Below, in pieces: positions 39,313-48,400 of a stretch of DNA of 64,000 bases. The notes beneath the pieces are model-generated. The model was not told where the DNA came from, did no database searches, and worked only from the letters and a program-made list of their open reading frames with translations. The stretch lies in NCBI GenBank assembly GCA_965221905.1, contig OZ244922.1, positions 64,001 through 128,000 on the forward strand, given 5' to 3'. The position numbers and the translations under genes are program-made. Positions within the stretch are counted from its first letter, which is position 1. The number at the start of each line of letters is the position of its first letter. The stretch is from Chloroflexota bacterium. Its GTDB lineage: Bacteria > Chloroflexota > UBA11872 > VXOZ01.

Positions 39313-40047
39313 ATGATCATCGACGCGCATGTCCATATCAAAGGCGGCGACACGTACCGCCGTGAACTGGACCCTGACGACACCATCCGGTACATGGACC
39401 AGGCCGGTGTGGATAAGTCGTGCGTGTTCAGCATCTGCCTGCCTAGCCGCGAATCGAACGAGATGACGCGCAAGGCCGTGAGCGGCCGCGAGGATCGGCT
39501 AATACCGTTTGCGCACATGGTGCCGGAAGAAAGGTCGGTGGGTCTGGACGCCGTGCGCCGTGCAGTGGAAGACTGGGGGTTTCCCGGCCTCAAGCTGCAC
39601 TTTGGCGAGGTGAAAGGCGAGATAACGGACAACCTCTTCCTGCCTATTCTGGAACTTGGCGCAAGCTACGATCTGCCGATCCTGCTCTGCTGCGCTCATC
39701 GGCCGGAGTTCCCGGACCGTTGGGCAGACGCCGTGCCGGAGGCCAAGATCATCATTCCTCACTTGGGCTCCAGCCGCGACCAGGACATGAACTGGCGCTT
39801 CTTCGACGTAGCGAAACGTCATGACAACATCTGGCTCGATACGTCGTTTACCAGCGGCCCGTGGATGATTCGCGAGGCCTACCACGCCCTTGGCCCAGAC
39901 AAGCTTATTTGGGGCTCGGACGGCGGCGGCGACTACAATCCGCCCCTGCCCGAAATGGCCAAGGTAAAGGTCTGGGAGTTTCCGGAGCAGGATTACGCGA
40001 GAATTATGGGCGGCAATATCCTGGAACTGCTGGGTGGAAAGGCGTAG
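39313..40047 (+). CDS. amidohydrolase family protein (Amidohydro_2-like)
   Basis: IIDAHVH, GLKLH, IIPHLG, WLDTS, WGSD. Confidence 0.88.
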   Translation: MIIDAHVHIKGGDTYRRELDPDDTIRYMDQAGVDKSCVFSICLPSRESNEMTRKAVSGREDRLIPFAHMVPEERSVGLDAVRRAVEDWGFPGLKLHFGEVKGEITDNLFLPILELGASYDLPILLCCAHRPEFPDRWADAVPEAKIIIPHLGSSRDQDMNWRFFDVAKRHDNIWLDTSFTSGPWMIREAYHALGPDKLIWGSDGGGDYNPPLPEMAKVKVWEFPEQDYARIMGGNILELLGGKA

Positions 40048-40079
40048 TAACGGGGGGCATTGCCGCTGCAATGAACGAC

Positions 40080-40121
40080 AGATACTTTGCATCTCGAAGT
40101 CGTTGATATAGGAAATGTCGG
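40080..40121 (+). repeat. 42-bp direct repeat, copy 1 (copy 2 at 44039-44080)
   Basis: agatactttgcatctcgaagtcgttgatataggaaatgtcgg vs agatactttaaatctcgaactcgttgctatgggaaatgtcgg; 37/42 identical. Confidence 0.8.
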
Positions 40122-40143
40122 TTAGAACTGGTGAGGGATAATC

Positions 40144-41475
40144 ATGAATGTTGATACGGCAGACTCCAATCAACCAACCGATTCACCGCCGATAGCAAGA
40201 GCTCGCAGTTTTCGCGTGCGGCATGAAACGTTGGCACGCATCCGGGCGGGACACAGGGTAATACTCGACGAACTCAAACCCACCAGGGCGCAAATCAACC
40301 GAGGCTTGGAACTGCATTACAACAGCTTCGTCGCTGACGTCCAGGGGTCGGTTCAGATGAGCTCAACGCATGGCATTAGTGGAGACCGGCTGCAGGCAGA
40401 CCTTGAACCATATCGCAAAGAACTTTCCAAGCAAGACCTGTACCCCGATGAGTTCCGGCGCAGCCTGGGCGCAATCCATTTCAAACGGAAGACCTTCGAA
40501 TCGGCTTTCGATCAGCAGTGGCTCGTGGAGTCGAAAGCGCTCTACAAGATCGCCGGGGTGCACCTGGGCACCTCAGATGTTGCCGGTCCCGAAGAGAATA
40601 CCTTTGCAGCGGCCTTGGATCGCGTGAGTCGAATCAACTTCGTCTATGATCGGCGTGACGACCTCATGCGTGTCTCCGGGGTCGAAGACATCGAAAAGGG
40701 ACTTCGCTGCGGGAAGCCGAGTGTGATGTTTCACCTGGCCGGCGTCGGCTGCTTCGCGGAAGCAGAAGATCCCCTGACAAACCTCGACCTATTCTACGCT
40801 CTCGGCGTGCGCATGTCCCAATTGACCTACATCCAAAACAATGCCCTCTGCTGTTCGTACTTGCAGGAGCACGATACCGGCCTGACGCCGCTTGGTAAGA
40901 AGGTTGTCCGGCGCATGAACGAATTGGGCATCATGGTGGACCTCGCCCATAGTGGCGACCAATCGTCATTCGACATCATAGAAGCCTCGACCGAACCGGT
41001 AATGATCAGCCACACCGGGTCCCGGACTGTGTACGACGACGCTTCGAACAGAGGGTATCTTGAAAGAGTGTTTGCGCAGCCCTATGCCCGTGGTCTGACC
41101 GCTCCTGAGAGATGGTGCAGCCGCAACGCGAGCGACGAGACTCTCCAGGCTGTGGCCGGGAAAGGCGGGCTTGTCGCGCTGTATTCTATCGACTACATGC
41201 TCGGTACAGGCCCGGAATCCTTTCACACCTGGTATCGCCATCTGGAGCACGCGATCAGTGTTGCCGGCATCGATCACGTTGCCATCGGCACGGATAGGAC
41301 ATTCTTTCCCGGCTGGCAACCCGGACCGCTGGACTGGACGAACTGGCCCTATTGGACCGTCGGCTTAGTCTGCAAGGGGCATTCGGACGCAGAAATCCAA
41401 AAGATAATCGGCGGCAACTACCTGCGCTACGCCCGTAAGGTTCTCAACAAACGCCCTTGGGGAGCGTTCATGTAA
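40144..41475 (+). CDS. membrane dipeptidase (peptidase M19)-like protein
   Basis: LGVR..QLTY..N, GLT.LG..VV.RMNELGI.VDLAH, ISHT, RN.SDE, GIDHV.IGTD, IIGGN. Confidence 0.85.
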   Translation: MNVDTADSNQPTDSPPIARARSFRVRHETLARIRAGHRVILDELKPTRAQINRGLELHYNSFVADVQGSVQMSSTHGISGDRLQADLEPYRKELSKQDLYPDEFRRSLGAIHFKRKTFESAFDQQWLVESKALYKIAGVHLGTSDVAGPEENTFAAALDRVSRINFVYDRRDDLMRVSGVEDIEKGLRCGKPSVMFHLAGVGCFAEAEDPLTNLDLFYALGVRMSQLTYIQNNALCCSYLQEHDTGLTPLGKKVVRRMNELGIMVDLAHSGDQSSFDIIEASTEPVMISHTGSRTVYDDASNRGYLERVFAQPYARGLTAPERWCSRNASDETLQAVAGKGGLVALYSIDYMLGTGPESFHTWYRHLEHAISVAGIDHVAIGTDRTFFPGWQPGPLDWTNWPYWTVGLVCKGHSDAEIQKIIGGNYLRYARKVLNKRPWGAFM

Positions 41476-41568
41476 GTCTCATCAATGGAGAGGATTTGCA
41501 ATTGCGTGGGATAATAGACCCACAGTTGACATCGATGTGTAGACGGAGGCCACCCGACAGGAGAAGGC

Positions 41569-42090
41569 ATGGCAGACGTAGAATTACAGGTCAAGACGCG
41601 AGGTGGCGCGACTATACACAAGGCCGCAGTGCTGGCAGCGTATCCTGATGGAAGATACCTTACAGGCCAGACTGACGCCGACGGCAAGTGCCGACTAAAC
41701 CTGTACCGCGTCGATCAGGAAATGAAGATACTTATAGCCGCAGACGGCCACCTTCCTTTCCATGAAGCCCTCGTCCCGGGGAATTCAGAAACCGTCTCCT
41801 TGGAGTTAGAGCCGTCCAAGGATGACAGAAGGGCGCTCCTATTCACCCGGAGCACAGGATACATCCCAGGGATTACGGGACGCCTCAATCCACACAAAGA
41901 TGGCTATGTTTACGGTGACAATATTGCCATAAACGGGCAACTTGCAACGCCTGCCGCACATTTCGAGATAGAGGAGTACCTCCATCTGATCGACGTGTAC
42001 GGCGTCGAGACAACAATCCGATTCTTAGTGGTTGAAGGACAGTTTTCGCTTATTGAGTACACTGAGCCCAAGGCTTATGCAGGGGAATGA
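41569..42090 (+). CDS. hypothetical protein (probable all-beta; N-terminal carboxypeptidase-regulatory-like strands)
   Basis: AGGAG RBS, 173 aa, TDADG motif, GYIPG..GRLNP; stop overlaps the next start. Confidence 0.65.
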   Translation: MADVELQVKTRGGATIHKAAVLAAYPDGRYLTGQTDADGKCRLNLYRVDQEMKILIAADGHLPFHEALVPGNSETVSLELEPSKDDRRALLFTRSTGYIPGITGRLNPHKDGYVYGDNIAINGQLATPAAHFEIEEYLHLIDVYGVETTIRFLVVEGQFSLIEYTEPKAYAGE

Positions 42091-42461
42091 ATATGGCCAC
42101 GGCGGAGCAGCATCGAGAGATTAGCATTCAATTCTTGGATCATGCGGAGGACGAATTACGTAAGGGTGATTTCCTTCAGGCCTCCGAGAAAGCAGGGGGA
42201 GCGGTTTCCCATTATGTGAACTCTGTTGCCCGCCAGCGGCCAGTTCCGCTGGGGTCGCACAAGCGACTGATCGAAAATGCCAACAAGCTGATCGAGAAGG
42301 GCCCTGCTAATGCGAGCCATAAGCGGAGGTTGCTACTATCAATCGAGGTGCTTCATGCCAACTTCTATCATGCGCATTTGGACGAAGTTTTGGTTGGGGA
42401 GGGTATTGAGGACGCCAAGGAACTTATCAAAACCTTTGATGACCTTAACTCAGACATATAG
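42087..42461 (+). CDS. PaREP1-like (HEPN-related) protein
   Basis: A..EL..GD.LQASEKA.GA, SH..L, LHANFY. Confidence 0.75.
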   Translation: MNMATAEQHREISIQFLDHAEDELRKGDFLQASEKAGGAVSHYVNSVARQRPVPLGSHKRLIENANKLIEKGPANASHKRRLLLSIEVLHANFYHAHLDEVLVGEGIEDAKELIKTFDDLNSDI

Positions 42462-42633
42462 AAGGTGACCGGGACGGCTAAAGAGGGCACTCGCTTTCTC
42501 GATCCGCTTGGCCTAGCCGGTAGAGTCCAAGTCGGTCAACTTATCGCAGACGCCCTGCATGTGCTCCGCTGAGAATATCGGTTGGAACACGAAGGATCGT
42601 GTACTGCATCAGTGGGGAATTCGAGGAGGAATC

Positions 42634-43140
42634 ATGGCTAACAGAATCCAACTTCCACATGAGGGCGAGGTTATAGACCGCCTAATACGTCAAATCAAGG
42701 AAGCCGTCCGAGAGACACGAACGACAGTGGTCACCGGTGTTGAGATCACGTATTCGATCTGCGCTCCATGGCCTCGTGGCATGGATCCTGCGATGTACGA
42801 TCATGATGGCAATATATACCTGCCAGTGGAGCATGTCCGGTCAAACCCTATCCATGCCGACCTGGCGGCCTTCCACGAACACACCGAAATCCGCCACAAG
42901 CTGGCCGGCAAGTCACACGGGTACGCACACCACAGGGCACTGCTTGAGGAGTTGCTGGCGGCCAAGCAGATATTCGATAACGACGCGCTGACAGCGTTCG
43001 TGCATCAGAGAGTATTCGGCTATCCGGACTGGAAGTTGCCTGACAAGGAATCCATTGAGAAGAGACTTTGCGAATTTCTCTCAGTCGATCGCCCGTTGAG
43101 AGGTAAGCTCCTAGAAGTATTCAAAGAGGCGCGGATGTAG
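42634..43140 (+). CDS. hypothetical protein with zincin-like HExxE...H motif
   Basis: GAGGAGG RBS before ATG 42634; NIYLP...FHEHTE...YAHHRAL. Confidence 0.65.
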   Translation: MANRIQLPHEGEVIDRLIRQIKEAVRETRTTVVTGVEITYSICAPWPRGMDPAMYDHDGNIYLPVEHVRSNPIHADLAAFHEHTEIRHKLAGKSHGYAHHRALLEELLAAKQIFDNDALTAFVHQRVFGYPDWKLPDKESIEKRLCEFLSVDRPLRGKLLEVFKEARM

Positions 43141-43775
43141 GATGATGGACATGGTGTTACTGTCGGCACTGTTGATTTTGCCGCTCCTAAGTTCAGAATC
43201 CGCCGAATCTGTCTTGGCTGGTCAGTGTTGCCGGCTTGGCCCCAGTTGTATTTCCCCGCCAAGAATCGCGTGATTTCGGGAGGATAGCCGCTTTTCGGCA
43301 TCTGTTACCCGCCGTGCTCGCAGCTGTAGACGGCTACCTGGACGTTGCTCCATCGGACCGGTCGCTCAGGCGGGGATTCTAACATTGTTTCTCCAAGTTT
43401 AGTGCAGTACCGCCCGGCACCGAGCGCTCCTCGCCGTGAAAGTGGTTGCAACAGCGGGCGCCGACCTCCCATGACCGCCTCGCTCTGTCCGAAGTACCCT
43501 CAGTCCGCCGTTATCTTGAAGCCGTTGCCAGCCATACTGCCTCCACCGCGCTGAACTTGAACCCGTCTTACTTTCCGCCTTGTGGGCCTCGTGCGCTTGG
43601 CAGAGCGCGCTGAAGCCGGGGGTGCTGGCGAGTGCGCCGCGTAGCATACACCGGTCGGTTTGCTCTTCTGTCCCAGCCAGACGAGCGCGAGCTTGCTGGC
43701 GTACGGCCGGATTCTCTATGAGGTCGATGGCTTGGCGCAGGCGACGCTCGCGGTTGCTTGCCTTCAAGGCGTTTT

Positions 43776-43817
43776 TCACCCCCATCCCGCGACCTTCCCC
43801 GTCAAGGGGGGAAGGGG
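43776..43817. repeat. Family E variant
   Basis: tcacccccatcccgcgaccttccccgtcaaggggggaagggg; same architecture with a varied stem. Confidence 0.55.
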
Positions 43818-43990
43818 TATCGCAGAGGTCTCCCACGGGAAGCAAGCGTCCAGGCATGGGGAACCGGTGAGCGTACCCTGGCGCCGGAGCGATACAGCCG
43901 CGCGGCGTGAGGTCCGCTCCAGGAGCAAGGAGAAGACGAGCGCATCTGTCGATAGGCAGGTGAATTGGTGGAGAACCGGTGTCCACATTC

Positions 43991-44019
43991 TTGACATAGC
44001 GCGTAGAGGGAATTAAACT
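43991..44019 (+). promoter_or_regulatory. sigma70-type promoter for the downstream solute-binding protein
   Basis: TTGACA-17 nt-TAAACT. Confidence 0.6.
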
Positions 44020-44038
44020 TCTAACATTGACGAGCAAG

Positions 44039-44080
44039 AGATACTTTAAATCTCGAACTCGTTGCTATGGGAAATGTCGG
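44039..44080 (+). repeat. 42-bp direct repeat, copy 2
   Basis: See 40080-40121; lies just downstream of the predicted promoter. Confidence 0.8.
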
Positions 44081-44191
44081 GTGGAGTCGCTGCCGGTTTG
44101 CGGGAAGCTTACGGCTTGCAGCATGTTTCCGGCTTGCAACAATAGGTAGCGTACGCCCGGTAGAGTAATGTCACACATAGGAGATTGCAAC

Positions 44192-45496
44192 ATGTTGCGG
44201 ATGAGTAGACGGCAGATGCTGGCGGGAGTTGGTGTAGGCATTGGCGCAAGCGTGCTTGCCGCCTGTGGGCAGGTACAGACGGTGGCAGCACCGGAGGCGC
44301 CGGAGGGTGATGCGGCTGCGGCGCCAAAGGAACCGGAAGGGATCACCGGAGTCTTTCACGTGTGGGGCTATCGCTCCCAATACCTGCCGGGAGCGGTGCT
44401 CAACGAGTTTGAACAGATGCATCCAGGAGCCGTGGTCGTGCAATCCCAGCCGGCCGGCAATTTCCGTGGTGAGAAATTCCCGGCTGCGGTGGCGGCCGGC
44501 GCGCCGCCGGCGCTCATGCAAGGCTTTCTCGACTTTGTCGCCATGTACGTTGACCGTGGTTTCCTAGCGGATCTTGGCCCCGCAGCCAAAGCGGGTGACT
44601 TTGGCGATCTGGGCGCTTACCTCCCCGGTATCGTCGAGGCCGGCACGTTTAGCGGCGTCCTGCACTTCCTCCCCCACCGGCAGAGCGTCAATATTCCCCT
44701 CTACAACATGGATATGTTCGAGAACGCCGGCATCAACGAACCGCCCACCCAGTGGGATGACGTGGCGGAGATCGCGCGACAATTGACCAAGAAGAATGCG
44801 GACGGCTCCGACCAGTTCGGCCTAACCGTTACGACCAGTAAGAACACCCTCAACTCGTGGTTCAATCCGGTGCTCTGGCAGGCCGGCGGCGAGTTCTTTG
44901 CGGAAGACGGTCGCAGTGTCACGTTTGATTCAGATGCCGGTCTGGAGGCGCTGCTCTTTTTGACTGATCTCTTCAACAAAAAGATCGCCTCTGAGGGCAC
45001 AAAGCCGTACTTCGAAGGATACGGCGCCATGATCAATGCCCGTACGCCCACCCACGTGAAGCGCCCCTTTGACAACGGCAACATCCCCTGGCTCGCGGCC
45101 AGTCCCGCCTGGCAGAAGGAAAAGCAACTCGGCTTTGGCTCGCTCTCAGGCTGGGTGGTGCCGGAAAGCCCGCAGTCCGATGCGGCGATACAACTGCTGG
45201 CGCATACCCTAAAGCCCGAGAACGTGAAGGCCTTCCTCAAGCTCGTGTTCCTGCTGCCGGTGCGCAGCGACATTGAAGTGGACTTCGTTGACGAGAAGTA
45301 CAACGGCTGGATGCCGACGTTCATCGAGCAGAGCCAGAATATGCACTATGACATCCCGCACCCGCACATCCGGGCTATCATGCCGCTCGTCTCAGGAGAG
45401 ATGTATAAGGCGATTGCGGGGGAGGTTACGCCGCAGGAAGCTATTAGGACTGCAGGTCAGATAGCAAACCAATTCCTGGCAGACAACATGGGCTAG
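44192..45496 (+). CDS. sugar-type ABC transporter extracellular solute-binding lipoprotein
   Basis: AGGAG RBS; Tat motif SRRQML, lipobox LAAC; LYNMDMF..AGI..PP.QWD. Confidence 0.88.
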   Translation: MLRMSRRQMLAGVGVGIGASVLAACGQVQTVAAPEAPEGDAAAAPKEPEGITGVFHVWGYRSQYLPGAVLNEFEQMHPGAVVVQSQPAGNFRGEKFPAAVAAGAPPALMQGFLDFVAMYVDRGFLADLGPAAKAGDFGDLGAYLPGIVEAGTFSGVLHFLPHRQSVNIPLYNMDMFENAGINEPPTQWDDVAEIARQLTKKNADGSDQFGLTVTTSKNTLNSWFNPVLWQAGGEFFAEDGRSVTFDSDAGLEALLFLTDLFNKKIASEGTKPYFEGYGAMINARTPTHVKRPFDNGNIPWLAASPAWQKEKQLGFGSLSGWVVPESPQSDAAIQLLAHTLKPENVKAFLKLVFLLPVRSDIEVDFVDEKYNGWMPTFIEQSQNMHYDIPHPHIRAIMPLVSGEMYKAIAGEVTPQEAIRTAGQIANQFLADNMG

Positions 45497-45678
45497 TAGC
45501 TGGCTCTCGTCTCCGGCCAACCGGACAAGAGCGAGAACCTTCACGCTGAGGATCGTTCTGTACCTGTCACGGGGCCGCGATCCCCCGTTGTACGGAAGCG
45601 TACAACGGGGGATCGATGGGTCGACAATGTATGCCGCAGCCATAGGGCCTCTGATATACTCCGACTGAGGGACAGTCA

Positions 45679-46491
45679 TTGGCTATCCCAAAGCCTAAGC
45701 ATCTTGGCACGGAATACGCCGATCAATTCAAGGATCGGAGCGTGGCTGACGCTTACGTCAACTATCCGCCATACGCTGCCGAGGTCTTCCAGGTGCTCGA
45801 CGGGCTGATACAGGATGAACCGGGCATTGTGCTGGACGTTGGGTGCGGGACCGGGGACGTGGCGCGGCCTCTGGCAACCTTTGTGGAGCGAGTCGACGCC
45901 GTGGATCCTTCGGCGGCCATGATCGAGGTGGGCCGCTCTCGCGACGGCGGCGACCGACCGAGCATCAGGTGGGTCTGCCAAAGCGCGGAGGAATTCGACT
46001 ACGATAGCCGCTACAGCCTCATTGTGGCCGGCGCAAGCCTCCATTGGATGGACTGGTACACGGTCATCCCTCGCATGGCCGGTGCCCTATCCGGACGTGG
46101 CTACCTGGCGATTGTTGGCGGTCGTGGGATTGATACCGCCCCTTGGGTAAACGATCTCAACACAATCATCCCGAAATACTCGACGAACAAGGACTTCGCG
46201 CCATACAACCTGCTCGACGAGCTTGAACGCCGGCAGCTCTTTGCGGTCGTCGGCAGGAATCGTACAGCGCCTCAGGAGTATTGTATGAACGTCGATCAGT
46301 ATGTGGAGCTGTTTCACGCGCGCAACGGCTTTTCGAGACAGCGTATGGACGCGCATGCCGCCAAGGCGTTCGATGCTGCCGTCCGAGAACTCGTGACGCC
46401 CTTTGCGGACGAGCATTTCCTCACTTTCAACGTGACGACCGACATCGCTTGGGGACACCCATTGGCCGGCACTCGCATGGACCGTCACTAG
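45679..46491 (+). CDS. class I SAM-dependent methyltransferase
   Basis: VLDVGCGTG, AVDPS..MI, SLHWMD. Confidence 0.9.
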   Translation: MAIPKPKHLGTEYADQFKDRSVADAYVNYPPYAAEVFQVLDGLIQDEPGIVLDVGCGTGDVARPLATFVERVDAVDPSAAMIEVGRSRDGGDRPSIRWVCQSAEEFDYDSRYSLIVAGASLHWMDWYTVIPRMAGALSGRGYLAIVGGRGIDTAPWVNDLNTIIPKYSTNKDFAPYNLLDELERRQLFAVVGRNRTAPQEYCMNVDQYVELFHARNGFSRQRMDAHAAKAFDAAVRELVTPFADEHFLTFNVTTDIAWGHPLAGTRMDRH

Positions 46492-46638
46492 AACTCATTT
46501 CATAAATACATTGCTCCGCGCATGTCTGCCCCTCGACAGGCTCAGGGCGAACGGAAGAGCCAAGAAATCCGTACTTGCTGAGCACTTCGGCAAGCAGAGC
46601 ACGGACGGTTTTTGGGGGCTTCTCAAACAACCGCTAAG
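46488..46638. repeat. MITE-end-like sequences around a family F copy (46530-46554)
   Basis: Left ctagaactcatttcataaat resembles the 38138-38361 ends; right cttctcaaacaaccgc-taa resembles the 48343-48361 end. Confidence 0.45.
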
Positions 46639-46682
46639 AAGATCATGAATAGGCTGTAAGGTGCTGCAAGGAGATATATACC

Positions 46683-47936
46683 GTGGTAGCAACAGCGCTT
46701 ATTAACGGCAGGATCATTGACGGTAATGGCGGACCGCCGGTTGAGGACGGCGCCATTCTCATTGTGGATAACCTCATCGAGGCTGTGGGTACTGATGTGG
46801 ATATCCCGCCGGATGCCCAGGTCATCGACGTTAAGGGTAAGAGTCTCCTGCCCGGCATGATGGACCTGCACGTGCACCTTAGAGGTCCGTACCATTCACT
46901 GCAGAAGTTGAGAAAGTCGCTGCTGGCGGGTTTCACTACTATCGCTCACGTTGCCGGTACTATGCCGCCCGCATCGACAGATTGTCGTCAGGCTATTGAA
47001 GACGGCTGGTTCCCGGAATGTGCCCGACTGCTTGTGGGCGCCGTGGTGGACTGCACCAACGGGCACGTCCGCGGTCGGATAGCGGATGGACCGTGGGAAG
47101 TGCGGAAGGCCGTGCGCGAGATGGTGCAGGCCAAGGCAGACTTCATCAAGACGGCCGCCAGCGGCGGATTCTGGGCGGAGGACGAAGAAACCTGGTGGCG
47201 GGACTACACCCAAGAAGAGCTTGATGCCCTGGCTGACGAAGCCCACAGTGTCGGGAGGCTCGTGGTGGTGCATTGCCACACACAACCGGGTCTCGACATG
47301 GCCATTCAGGCCGGCTGCGATCAGATTCACCACGGCGCGCTCATCGACGAGAAAGCCTTGAAAGGAATTCTAGAGAATGACCTTTTCTTTGTGCCGACTC
47401 TCCGTGTCACTTCCCGGCAGAACATGGCGATAAAGTTCGGTGCGGGACGCCCGTGGGAAACGCGCAAGATGGGTGAGGCTCACTACGTCCACCGGGAAGG
47501 TGTGCGCTTGGCCCACAAGATGGGCGTGAAGATGGGTCTTGGCACGGACTGTCCGAGCACACCGCCCTGGGATATCTGGGATAGCGGCTTTGAACTCCAG
47601 GAATTCGTGGGCTGCGGTCTCAGCCCGTTGGAAGCAATCGGCGTGGCCACCAAGGGTTCTGCTGAAGCAATGAAGATCGACGACAGGCTCGGCACGTTAG
47701 AAAAGGGGAAGATTGCCGATGTGGTAGTGGTGGATGGCGATCCTGCCGGCGACATTCAGGTGGTTGTGAACTATGCGAACATCCGCTACGTCTTCAAGGA
47801 TGGCAGGCTCGCGGTGAGTAGAGACCCGGAAAGGCCGGCAACCGCCCATCTGGAAACGTATCCGCCTGACTTTACCCCAATTGACGAGCGCTTTACGGCA
47901 GACCCGGCATGGGAAGCTGCGGCCGGCCTGGCATAG
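46683..47936 (+). CDS. amidohydrolase family protein (prolidase/imidazolonepropionase-like)
   Basis: LLPGMMDLHVH, ADFIK, VVHCH, IHHG, GTD, GTLEKGKIADVVVVDGDP. Confidence 0.9.
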   Translation: MVATALINGRIIDGNGGPPVEDGAILIVDNLIEAVGTDVDIPPDAQVIDVKGKSLLPGMMDLHVHLRGPYHSLQKLRKSLLAGFTTIAHVAGTMPPASTDCRQAIEDGWFPECARLLVGAVVDCTNGHVRGRIADGPWEVRKAVREMVQAKADFIKTAASGGFWAEDEETWWRDYTQEELDALADEAHSVGRLVVVHCHTQPGLDMAIQAGCDQIHHGALIDEKALKGILENDLFFVPTLRVTSRQNMAIKFGAGRPWETRKMGEAHYVHREGVRLAHKMGVKMGLGTDCPSTPPWDIWDSGFELQEFVGCGLSPLEAIGVATKGSAEAMKIDDRLGTLEKGKIADVVVVDGDPAGDIQVVVNYANIRYVFKDGRLAVSRDPERPATAHLETYPPDFTPIDERFTADPAWEAAAGLA

Positions 47937-47939
47937 GTC

Positions 47940-47990
47940 GTCTTCGACGCAGTCGCAGTCCTCGACGCAGTCGCAGTCTTCGACGCAGTC
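47940..47990. repeat. 18-bp tandem repeat, about 2.8 copies
   Basis: gtcttcgacgcagtcgca / gtcctcgacgcagtcgca / gtcttcgacgcagtc. Confidence 0.85.
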
Positions 47991-48111
47991 AGCGAGCACG
48001 CCGCCGCCTTACTCTTACCCCGTATGCTCCCATTCCTCTTGACTATCTAGCGGCTGCTGTGTGCGCGTAACGTGATCGTCTGCTTTGTAGAGAGCGAGCG
48101 ATCCTCTGTAA

Positions 48112-48358
48112 GAGGGTGTGTGAAAAGGGCGTCCCTTCATCCTTCGACAGGCTCAGGACGAACGGATCAGAAACTAAACCCATTGGATAATCAGTAGCCG
48201 TTCGTGGTGAGCACATCGACAGGCTCAGGACGAACGGGGTAGAAACTAAATTCGTCGGAAAAGCCACTATCCGTTCGTGGTGAGCACATCGACAAGCTCA
48301 GCACAGGCTTGTCGAACCATGAACGGATACTGTTGCTGCGAGCTTCTCACACACCCTC
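48112..48358. mobile_element. MITE (247 bp) with 16-bp TIRs and TAA target duplication, filled with family F repeats
   Basis: taa|gagggtgtgtgaaaag ... cttctcacacaccctc|taa; 15/16 inverted identity. Confidence 0.75.
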
Positions 48359-48400
48359 TAAGATATTGAGATCACAAACAGGGGTAGTAAAGGAGACGGA

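Noticed and set aside
43399-44037. 212-aa minus-strand ORF
   Set aside because: It spans a family E variant and a plus-strand promoter and has no recognisable motif; at most it is a decayed gene fragment.
45580-45613. Long hairpin after the solute-binding protein gene as a new repeat family
   Set aside because: Single copy in the window with no U-tract; likely an mRNA-stabilising or terminator-like stem.
47697-47999. Cys-rich ORF MLADCVEDCDCVEDCDCVEDD as a metallothionein or RiPP precursor
   Set aside because: The pattern comes from an 18-bp tandem repeat, most of the ORF is antisense to a real gene, and no modifying enzymes are nearby.
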